Of a stretch of 32,362 nucleotides of DNA, positions 1 through 10,400 are shown piece after piece (position 1 is the stretch's first letter; every line of letters starts with the position of its first letter). The stretch is taken from NCBI GenBank assembly GCA_003990765.1, contig RBNJ01000354.1:1-32362 (forward strand), read 5' to 3'. Below the pieces are notes generated by a model that made no database searches, was not told the DNA's origin, and worked only from the letters and a program-made list of their open reading frames with translations. A program made the position numbers and the translations under genes. Origin of the DNA: Jimgerdemannia flammicorona. Its lineage: Eukaryota.

Positions 1-314
1 CCTAACTGATCCCTCTAGGGGAGCCCCCCCCCCTTACTCCTACCTGATGAAAGGCTACTTTGTCCAACACTATCTCTACCCTCCCACTACTCTGTTTACA
101 GATCCTTGCCACCAAGCCATGATATCACCCCCCCTGAGGACCCCAACCCACCCACTATCCAGTCAGCAGATCTCCCAACAACTCCTCCCACCATAACACC
201 TTCTCCTGTAGTCCCACCTGCCTCTCTTTCTCAAATACAAAAAGCCAATGTCCAGCCACACTACTAATACTCACCCTACAGTGAGCCAACTATTACCTAT
301 ACCACTCACTAGCC

Positions 315-3300
315 ATGATCTCAAGTCCTCCCAGTGGCCACCCTCACCTGCCAGCCTTCACCTCATACCTAGCCTATTCTCTATCTCTACCCAAAAGTCC
401 CCCAAAACCTCACACTCTCCCAGCCAGTGTTCTGGTATCTGCACAAGTCCCCCAGCTTGCCCAACATTATAACACTCCTCACAATCTAAATGGCCACCAT
501 CTACCAGATGCTCAGTGCAGTAATTCAATATGATATTTCTCTGCAGCATTCACCACCATACTACCCAGAACTTGGGAGGAAGCCACCTCTTCACCTCAGC
601 ACTCCATGCCCAGATACCTGCCCAGTCCCACTCCTCGCCAATCCCTACTATCTGCCAGCCACTAGGCCAAAGATCCTGGCCAAGACCCTGCTGACACTCC
701 ACTTATCTCTAATATCAAACTTAGTAAGGGAAGCATCCCCCAGAAGAAGCCTATCCCATTGCCACATACTAGGACCCCACATCACCTCCCCCTCATTGCC
801 TTGCCAGCATAGGTCAATACGGTGTGCTCCATCTACCACTCTCTAACAAAAGCCCTTAAACTGCAGGCGCTGAATTCCATTCAGCCTCACTAAAGAGAGC
901 AGATCTCCTGAGGACCCTCAAGGAGAGGTCCTCATCTCCCACACCTTCTGCATCAGTGGCACCCACCCCCTTCTCTACAGTTCTGCAGCTCTCTTCAACC
1001 ACCAGGCTTGCAAGCAGTGCAACCTCTTAGGGAGGTCCACAAGGCCAAGACCTCCCTTGACCACCAGAGTTGCAAGAGTATCCCAACTGATCTGAGATCT
1101 CCTCTCTGCTCAAATCCAATCTCTAGCCACCTTTGTCAGCCTCTTCACCACCCAAGCTGGGAAATCTAGGTGATAGGCTATGTACCATAGCTTGGGGAAC
1201 CAGTAGATATTCAGAATTGACACCTGCCCTGCCAGAGAGATATGGTGGCCTCTCCAACCTTGAAAGGCCTCCCCCCAAATGGTCACCCTACTCTCCCACC
1301 ATACTCGAGGCAAGACAGAACCATATATAGAAAGGAAGATGCCCAGATACTGCACTACCTTGCCAGTAGGGACAATTGTTCCAATGACATCTCCACCCAC
1401 TAGTCTATTCTCTAGCACCATTGTCTCACACTTATGCCAGTTGAGCTTCACTCCAGAGTGAGCCTCATACCATTCCACTATCCCCTTAAGTGCCTCGACA
1501 TCTGCCACTGACCCCAGTCCAACCACCATGTCATCAGCAAAGGCCCCCACCTTCCACACTATACCATATATAGAGAGTCTTGTCACCTTCCGGTGAATTC
1601 TATCCATCAAAGGCTCTAATGAAAGGGCATATAGAACTGGAGACAGAGGGTTCCCCTGAGGAACCCCTCTTCCCAAGGAAAATGCCAGACCTTGATGACT
1701 ACACATCAGTGCCACCCAACTGCTAGCTAGCAGATTCAACATAGAAGTCTGAAATCTTAGGGAAACACTAATTCAATCCAACACCTTGCCCAGCCAAACC
1801 TGCCATACATGGTCATAGGTCTTCTCCTGGTCCAAAAAGACCAACCTTCCATCCAGTCTGCAAGCCCAGGCTCCTTCAATAATACCATGCACCCATGCAG
1901 TCCCATCTCTTATACATAAGTCTGCCCCCAACAAAGCCCTGCTGCTCCTCCCCCAGCACCTGTTGGGCAACGTTCTGCAGCCTTGCTATAATCACCTTAG
2001 TCACCATCTTCCTGTCTATATCCAGAAGTATGATTGGTCTCCAATTCTTCCAGTCTTCCCTCCTCTTCTTGTCTTTGTACAATAAGGCCACCAGCCTGAG
2101 GTCCTGCTCTCCAATCCACTCACCACTCTGAAGAACATGGTCACAGAGGACAGCCACCTCACCCAAAACTCCAGGGACCATTACCATCTTCTTCCAGAAG
2201 TCCCATGGTAGCCCATCCTCCCCTGGCACCATTCCAAGCTTAGTTGCTACAAGGACACTCTGTATCTCCTCTCCTTATACCAGTAAGATCAAGTCACCCA
2301 GTTCCTTCACTTGTGGTGGCCCCCACTCCTCTAGTGTATCTTCAATCACCTTTTCATCAGTACCCCCTTCCCCCTCACTCCACAAACCCTGCCATCTCTC
2401 CTTCAATACCCCTAAGATTTGTTGGGTGCTATGCACCATATCCCCCTTAGCATCTAAGACCCCATCCCACCTATGTCACACCCTCCTAGCTTTGAGGAGT
2501 CTTGACAAGTACCTAGTAGGCCACTCACCCTCCTCGAGCCCCTGCCACTATAGCCTGGCAGCCATTCCTCACATATGAGTTTCCTCCTCCTCTCACAACA
2601 CCTGTTGTAGTTCCACTATCTTCAATTTTGCCCTCTCTATCCTCCAAGCCTCCACCCCATCAGAAGTAAGCAAATCTGCCCAATCCATTTGCAATCTCCT
2701 CAGCCTGCTGGAAGTACACCTCATGGACTTCTTCCTCTGTCTCCCCACTTCTCTACCAGCTCCTCCCCAATAGACCCTCGCAGCCTCTTTCAATCTCATC
2801 CAATAGATACCCACTGATAAACCCTCATGCCTTTAGGTAAAAACCTTCACCTGAATGTCCTCCACCCATGAGTTCTACAACTCCTTCTCAGCCAGCAGGG
2901 AGGAGTTAAGGTGCCAATGTCTGGGTCCATCTCCACTCTTCCCAAACTGCTCCTGCCCCAAAAGTCCCCAGTAATTAGACCATGGGCACTACTCTACCTC
3001 CAATGTCTTCCAAACATCTGAACCCCAATACTCAGCCATCAGAATCCAGTCAATTCTTATATCCAAGCCATTCACTCAATGTGTATAGACCCTGGTATTG
3101 CCCCACCATGTTCTGCCCATATCCCCTAAGGAGCTCAAATTCTCCACCTCCTCCCAAGCATCCAGACCTCCACTTCTCCCCCCTGCATTCCTCCCTCCAT
3201 CAGTTCTGTCTAGATGCTGATCCCAAACCACATTAAAGTCTCCACCAAGAACATTAACCCCTTCCTCCAAGAGAATACCCTCCTCCAGCAGCTCCTTAAT

Positions 3301-3651
3301 CCACACAGTCCTCTCACTCCTAACTGCTAGACAGTAGTAAGAGCCAATCCTCACTAACTCCCATCCTGGCTGATGCCAATCTCCCCAGACCAAGTGATCC
3401 CCCCAGCTCCTGATTCCCCCCAAGTCTTCTCTACCCTTCCTCACCAGAATCGCTACCCTTCCAAACCAAGCAGTAGCCCCACCCCATTCCCTAGTCTACT
3501 TTATCCAATCTTCCTCATCCTCATACTGTACATCCTGTAGTAAAAAGAGATCAGCCTCCAATCCCTTGAGCCAAGTAAAAATGTTCTTATGCTGCCCAGC
3601 CCTCCTTAACCCATTTATATTCAAAGAGAAAATGTTGGTTGTACTATTCAT
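315..3651 (-). pseudogene. LINE ORF2 (APE endonuclease + reverse transcriptase), fragmented
   Basis: ORF fragments 3076-3444 (GGDFN), 1876-2232, 1773-1970 and 1110-1742 (QG.PLSP, FADD, YLG) lie in the canonical EN-RT order. The 3' limit is approximate. Confidence 0.9.
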
Positions 3652-3681
3652 AAGAATAATGTTATATAGTGATCCTATCCT

Positions 3682-5613
3682 CTACAAGTCCACATTTGGC
3701 TCCTCCTGTACCAAGTCCAAGTCATGTTCAGCAGCTAGCTCCCTTTTGCCAGCCTTCTGTGCCTCCAATCCTCCCAGAAGTTCTACCATCACCCCATCTT
3801 TTCTCTCCTCAAAGTCCTCATAATACTCCAGACAGGTCTCCTGCCAGAGCTGCAAACTATGATGCTCTGCCCAACAGTAGGCAGCCTGCTCACTAGTGAT
3901 AGCCCCCAGCTCTGCCTTCCTTGCCTCATCAACCTCATATCCCTCCTCCTCTAAGAAGATCACAAAAATCTCTACCTTCAGGCCTCCACTACTCCATCTC
4001 TGTGCAAAATCTGCTCTCAATGCTCCTCAGGCATGATATGTAGGTCCACCTCACCCAATGCCTCCACTGCGAGGTTATCTATCACCTTACTTATCCACAG
4101 CAGGTTCCCCACCTCCTTCCCTCCCAGAGTCCCTGGCCACCCTGCATCCAACATTGTGGTATCAGCTCCTATACTGGCAGCCTCATCCCACTCCTTCTCT
4201 GGGATATCCACCAGCTCATCCTCACCAACCACTACCACCTAACACCCTTTCATCACATTGGGGACTCCAAAGTATACCTGCTGGGCTCCCTACATCAGCA
4301 TATCATCTACTGCCCCTCTCTTTGCCACTGGGTCCCTCCTGACAAGAGGGGGGGGGGTGGCCTCCAACTCCTGCTCCCAGACTTCAAATGTACCATCTGC
4401 ATAGGGGTCCTTGTTCAGTACCTTCGCAGCCCCTTTCTTGTTTACCTCTACCTCCTTTCCTTCTTTACTAGCCCAGACACTGGCTTCGATGCCCCCAGCC
4501 TCCCCAGCACTATCCACCTTCTTCTTAGCCCCACTGCTCATACTCACCAACAGCTCTCTCTGCCACTTGTGCTCCTGGGCCTGCTCTCACTGCCCCTTGT
4601 CAGTTCAAATCCTCTTCCCATCAACAATCTTCAGATATGTCGACTCCTTATACAATTTCCAAGCCTTTGCTCTCCTCTCAACAATACTACTCAACTCTTC
4701 CAGCACCTCCAACAAGTCCTCTTCCTTCTCTTCATTCCCTCACACCCTTGACACCTTACAGACAAAAGCCCCTCACATAATCACTGAGGGCCAGTTGCTT
4801 GTCTTCCCTGTAGCCTCTCTTCCCACCAGTCTAATCCTCACATCCATGTCATTAGTCCTAATAGAGATCCCCTCCCACACCTGGAAACTGATATCTACTA
4901 CATCACCATACTCTGCCATTACCTCCTCCACCCTCCTCCTAGTCTCCTCCTTTGTCACAGTAGGCACCCCCTTCACCAGCAGCTACACCACCCTGGGGTC
5001 ATCTCAGATAGTGCATTATGGGGACTACTATCTTGCCAACTACTACTCCAGACTTCAGCACCTCTTCCAGTAGGCCTGCCTCCTCAAAGCCCACCTCGAC
5101 TCCCTCTAGGCCCTTCAGGAACTTCACCAAGACAGCCCCAGCCACCTGCTTCAAGACAAGCTCCAAGACCATCCTTGCCATCACTGCCAAGCCTCAGAAG
5201 TATAGTGTCACCACAAACTCTAAGATTGACTTCCTGAGTAACAGTACCACTGCCAGCCCCATCACACCATTGGTCAGGTCCTTCTTCTGCATTGGGAACC
5301 CCTGCCCCACACCACCATTAGCTGTCACATCTCTTTTTTTTTCCTGATTACTCATCACACCACCATCAGCAGTCCCATCTCCAGCCACTGCACCTCCAGT
5401 ACCTACGCTCACATCCCCCCCCAGAGTACCTCCCCCCCTCTTTAGGCTTGTCTTGCCTTTCCCTCCCACAGCACTAGCCCTAGTTCTAGCTAGCCACCCA
5501 CTCCCCTTCACCTTATTCACAAAACTTGAGGGGCCAGGCCTCTCCCCATGGCTACCAGCCACCAGTCCACCTTCAGAGCCCCCACCACCCTTTGATCCTC
5601 CAAAGGCCCCCAT
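3682..5613 (-). pseudogene. LINE ORF1 (gag-like), fragmented
   Basis: Chain of minus-strand ORF fragments directly upstream of ORF2. They include an RRM-like segment (EVMAEYGDVVDISFQVW..R...MDVRIRL) conserved in copy 2 (19843-20121). Confidence 0.7.
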
Positions 5614-5697
5614 TCCCAGGTCATAACCCCTCCCTATATACTGCCAGCCAAAAGCCCCAGGTCCACCTAATCCAGCATGCCTGGCAGAACTCTTGCT

Positions 5698-6763
5698 TTT
5701 TTATTTTTTATTTTAACAGACTTATGTCCTGTGGAATTTTATTGAAAGGGAACCTAGACTATATAGGCCAAAACCCTCCCCCACTACCCACCAAGCACTG
5801 CCCCCCCATTAACCTAAGCTAGCTATTGTCCAGCAGCTCGACTATGCCAGGTGCAGCAGGGCCTATGTTGGCCCACACCTCATTCTGTGCACCATGCTCT
5901 CCCTACCACCAGGGGAAACCCAACCATATGCCAATGACCAAAAGCACATACCTGAGAGCCCAATGTATATACAAGACCATGCCTGAGCCAAATAGAATAG
6001 CCCCTGCCACTCCAAAGAGAATGACAGGTAGAGAAAAACCCTCATCAAAGCACAACATGGTGGGTAGAGCCTGGTTCTCCTAGTTGAGGTGAGTAAAGAA
6101 CTTACACATAAGGTGGGAGAAAGCCCCCAATACTCCACTACTCAAGCCTGTGGGCCTTGATCACATTGCCATGTCAGCTCCCAGTTCCAGTTGAGTGCAG
6201 CCAAGACACCTGAAATGGGTAGCCTCAGGCCCCCTAACCCCCTCTGACGACTGGGGCCCAACCCTGCTGACTGCCAAAAGAAGTCAAGAGTGATACCTAT
6301 CACCTAACCACACTGTACCAATCAAAAGGCCCCACCAAAGCAGTACCTACCCCAGCCCTGATGACCACCCCCAGCCTGGCACCCTACTGGTTCACCATTA
6401 TTGCCCTTCCTCTTATCTGTGATGGCCATCTCTCCTCCCATCCTGACAATATCCGAAAAGCAGTCATCTATGCTAGAACCACACTTGCCAGGAAGCTCAC
6501 CAAAGCCAGAGGGCCCCACCACAGATACTGAAGACCTGCAGGTAACCTATACTGAGCACTTGATGCCCAAGGTCGGCCAACTCCCTACATAGCCCAAGAC
6601 ACACCAAGACAACACCTTGTTGGTGATGGCAAAAGGAAGAAGGTGCTGCACCAAAATGGGTACACCCCAGATACAGCTGAAGGTACCAGAATCTGCAAAA
6701 AAGTAGAGGAAGCACCGATCTGACACCGATAAAGGGACAACTTATCACCATTGCCCTCCTCCT
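5698..6763 (-). mobile_element. Nested, 5'-truncated retroelement with A-rich tail and 14-bp target-site duplication
   Basis: GCAGAACTCTTGCT occurs at 5684-5697 and again at 6764-6777, whereas LINE copies 2 and 3 have the site only once. A T-rich tract at 5698-5714 reads as an A-rich tail on the minus strand. A YLG-like remnant lies near 6660-6675. Confidence 0.8.
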
Positions 6764-6949
6764 GCAGAACTCTTGCTCAATGACATTGTTATAATACCTT
6801 TCCTCCAAGTTGAAAAACTGTTGCTTGAAGTTTGTGTAACATGAATTGTACTGGAGAAAGGTGCTGTAGGCCTGTTTAATATGCTATCTCTTTTAGAATC
6901 TCTTTATATATATATCTGAAATTCAATTTTCAAAATAGTTAGCAGTCAC

Positions 6950-7044
6950 TCATCTTATAGATATAAGAAAATTCTACAATTGTAAAGATCTTATGCTTGG
7001 GAGAAGGGCTTACAATTGTAAATTTTTTTACAGTTATAAGATGA
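6950..7044. repeat. Imperfect inverted repeat (foldback/MITE-like remnant)
   Basis: tcatcttatagatataagaaaattctacaattgtaa (from 6950) matches the reverse complement of ttacaattgtaaattttttta-cagttataagatga (ending 7044), with a ~24-nt spacer. Confidence 0.55.
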
Positions 7045-7097
7045 CTTATAACTTAGCCACTATATAGCTAGCAAATCTGTATAAATAACTCAGTATC

Positions 7098-7339
7098 TAG
7101 AGTAAATAAACCTTAGATCAAATAGTTTAAAAAAATACAAATTATGTATCTACTACATTATACTAGATATTCTGACTTCGGATAGTAGTTGTTATTGTTC
7201 AGCTTAAAAATAAAACTTAAAAAGTATATTATATTTCATCTTAACTTGAGAGTTAGTTATAAATAAGATAAAAATATATATCTAAAGATATATTATTAAG
7301 ATACTTAAACTATTTTAATCTGAAGTTTATTTACTCTTA
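7098..7339. repeat. Second imperfect inverted repeat (MITE-like remnant)
   Basis: agagtaaataaaccttagatcaaatagtttaa (~7099-7130) matches the reverse complement of ttaaactattttaatctgaagtttatttactct (~7305-7337). Confidence 0.5.
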
Positions 7340-7488
7340 ATTTTAAATATTTTCTATGCTATATATAGCTGAATATTTGGTTAATTAATATTTTCAATAT
7401 TGCTGAGATATTTGATAACTAGTTTCAAGCATTGCCAAGATCATGGCTTGGTATAAGCATTGCTGAGAAGATGCATATTCTCTCGTAT

Positions 7489-10400
7489 CTAGTGCTGTTG
7501 TGAAAATACAAAGGAAACATACACGAGCTTAATTCCATTATGCAGCCGCACACAACGCTTACACAGACCTGACATACCTTAGAGATATAGGTCGTGTGCC
7601 ATTTCAGAATCTCGGTTAAGGCGCGTGCCCCCTCGTCGCCTATCAAGGTGTCTGATTATACACGCACAGATCGATGGTTTGATTAGATCGCACAGCCGCA
7701 CACAATGCTTCATACAGCTCTGACATACCGAAGAGATTCATTTCGGTCAAGGTCGTGTTCTGCTTCAGAGACTCTGCTAGAGTGCGTGCTCCCTCGTCGC
7801 CGATGCCGTTTTCTGAACATGAACAGGGGATGGATGAGCGAACACGTACAGATCGTTAGCTTGATTCCATCTGGCAGCCGCACAAAATGCTATACACCGT
7901 TCCGACATACCAGAAAGATGCAGTTCGGTCAAAGTCGTGTTCTTCTTCAGAGACTCGGCTAGGGCGCGTGCCCCTTCGTCGCCAATGCTGTTGTCTGGAA
8001 CATGAACAGGGATGGATGAGCGAACACGCACGTATTGTTAGCTTAATTCCATCACTCAGCTGCACACAATGCTTCACACTGTTCCGACATACATCTGAGA
8101 TTCAGCTTAGTCAAGGTCGTGTTCTGCTTCAGAGACTCGGCGATGGCGCGTACCCCCTCGTCACCGATGTCGTTGTCTGAACATGAAAGAGGATGGATAA
8201 GTGAACACGAACAGATCATTCGCTTGATTCCAACACTTAGCCGCACACAATGTTTCACACAGTTCTGACATACGGAAGATATTCAGTTCGGTCAAGGTCG
8301 TGTTCTGCTTCAGAGATTCGGCTAGGGCGCATGCCCCCTCGTCGCCGATGCTGTTGACTGGACATGAACAGGGGATAGAAGAGCGAATACGCACCCGCAC
8401 CGATCGTTAGCTTAATTCCATTACTCCACCGCATACAATGTTTTACACAGTTCTGACATACATTTGAGATTCAGCTCGGTCAAGGTCGTATACTTCAGAG
8501 ACTCGGCTAGGGCGCGCCCTCCCTCTTCGCCGATGCTGTTGTCTGAACATGAACAGGGGATGGATGAGCGAACACGCACAGATCGTCAGCTTAATTCCGT
8601 CATACAACCGCACCCAATGCTTCACACAGTTCCGGCATACGTGCAAGGTTCAGCTCGGTCAAGGTCGTATTCTGCTTTAGAGACTCGGCTAGGGCGCATG
8701 CCCCCTCTTCGCCGATGCCGTTACCTGGACATGAAGAGGGGATGGATGAGCGAACATGCACAGATCGTTAGCCAAATTACATCGTGCAGTCGCACGCAAT
8801 GTATCACACAGTTCCGACATACTTTCGAGATTCAGCTCGGTCAGGGTCGTGTTCTGCTTCAAAGACTCGGCTAGGGCGTGTGCCCCCTTGTCGCCGATGC
8901 TGTTTTCTGAATATGAACAGGGGATGGATGGGCGAATACGCACAGATCGTTAGCTTGATTCCATTACGCAGCCACACAACGATTCGTACAGGTACGACAT
9001 ACTGGAGAGATTCAGCATGGTCAAGGTCGTGATCTGCCTCAGAGACTCGGCTAGGGCGCGTGCCCCCTCGTCACCGACGCTGTTGTCTGAATATGAAAAG
9101 GGAATGGATGAGTGAACACGTGTTTGATTTCATCACGCAGCCGTAAACAATGTTTTACACACTTCCAACATACTGGAGAGATTCAGCTCCGTCAAGGTCG
9201 TGTTCTTTTTCAGAGACTCGGCTATGGCGCCTGCCCCCTCGCCGCTGATGCTGTTATCTGAATATCAACAAAGGATGAATGAGCGAACACGCACAGATCG
9301 TTACTTGATTCCATCACGCAGCCGCACACAATGGTTCACACAATTCTGACATACGGTAGAGATTCAGTTCGGTCAAGGTCGTGTTCTGCTTCAGACACTC
9401 GGCTAGAGCGCGTGCTCCTTCGTCGCCGATGCTGTTGCCTGAACATGAACAGAGGATGAATGAGCGAACATGCACATATCGTTAGCTTGATTCTATCATG
9501 CAGCCACACACAATGGTTTACACAGTTCCGACATACTGAAGAGATTCAGCTCGGTCAAGATTGTGTTCTGCTTCAGAGACTCGGCTATGGCGCGTGCCCC
9601 CTCTCCGTCGATGTTGTTATCTGAACATGAGCATGGTATGGATGAGCGAATACACACAGATCGTTAGCTTAAATCAAGCAGCTGTACAAAATGCTTTACA
9701 CACTTCCGACATACTGGAGAGATTCAGCTCGATCAATGTCGTGTTCTGCTTCAAAGATTCAGCTATAGCGTGTGCCCTCTCTCCGTCAATGTTGTTATCT
9801 AACATGAACATGGTATGGATGAGCGAACCGTAAACTTCGATAACTTGATTCAATCACGCAACCACACACAATGCTTCACACAGTTCTGACATACTTTCGA
9901 GATTCAGCTCGGTCAAGGTCGTGTTCTGCATCAGAGAATCGGCCAGGGGGCGTGCCCTCTTGTCGTTGATGCTGTTCACTAATCATGAATAGGGGATGGA
10001 TGAGCAACCACACTCAGACCGTTAGCACGATTCCATCACGCAACCGCACACAATGCTTCACACAGTTCTGACATACTTTCGATATTTAGCTCGGTCAAGG
10101 TCGTGTTTTGCTTCAGAGACTCGGCTAGGGCGCGTGCCCCCTCGTCGCCGATCCTGTTGTCTGAACATAAAGAGGGGATGGATGAGTGAACATGCACAAA
10201 TCTTTAGCTTGAGTTCATCACGCAGCCGCGCACAATGCTTCACACAGTTCAGACGTACTTTTGAGATTCAGCTCGGTCAAGGTCGTGTTCTGCTTCAGAG
10301 ACTCGGCTAGAGCGCGTGCCCCCTCGTCACCGATGCTGTTGTCTGAACATGAACAGGAGGTGGAAGAGCGAACACGCACAGATAGTTAGCTTGATTACAT

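Larger units (their letters stand above)
1..6866 (-). mobile_element. Degenerate non-LTR retrotransposon (L1/Tx1-like LINE), copy 1; 3' end runs to or past the window start; interrupted by a nested insertion at 5698-6763
   Basis: Minus-strand ORF2 remnants: APE endonuclease start MNSTTNIFSLNINGL (ATG at 3651), FLLQDV and GGDFN. RT motifs WRPIILLDIDRK, QQGFVGGR, LDQEKTYD, GVPQGNPLSP, FADD, KLNWHK and YLGI. ORF1-like remnants at 3682-5613. Many stops and frameshifts. The 5' end sequence is shared with the copies ending at 20858 and 24278. Confidence 0.92.

Noticed and set aside
248..5822. Plus-strand Pro/Ser-rich ORFs in the LINE regions (also 16547-24256)
   Set aside because: They are antisense to the G-rich LINE coding strand and have no recognisable motifs.
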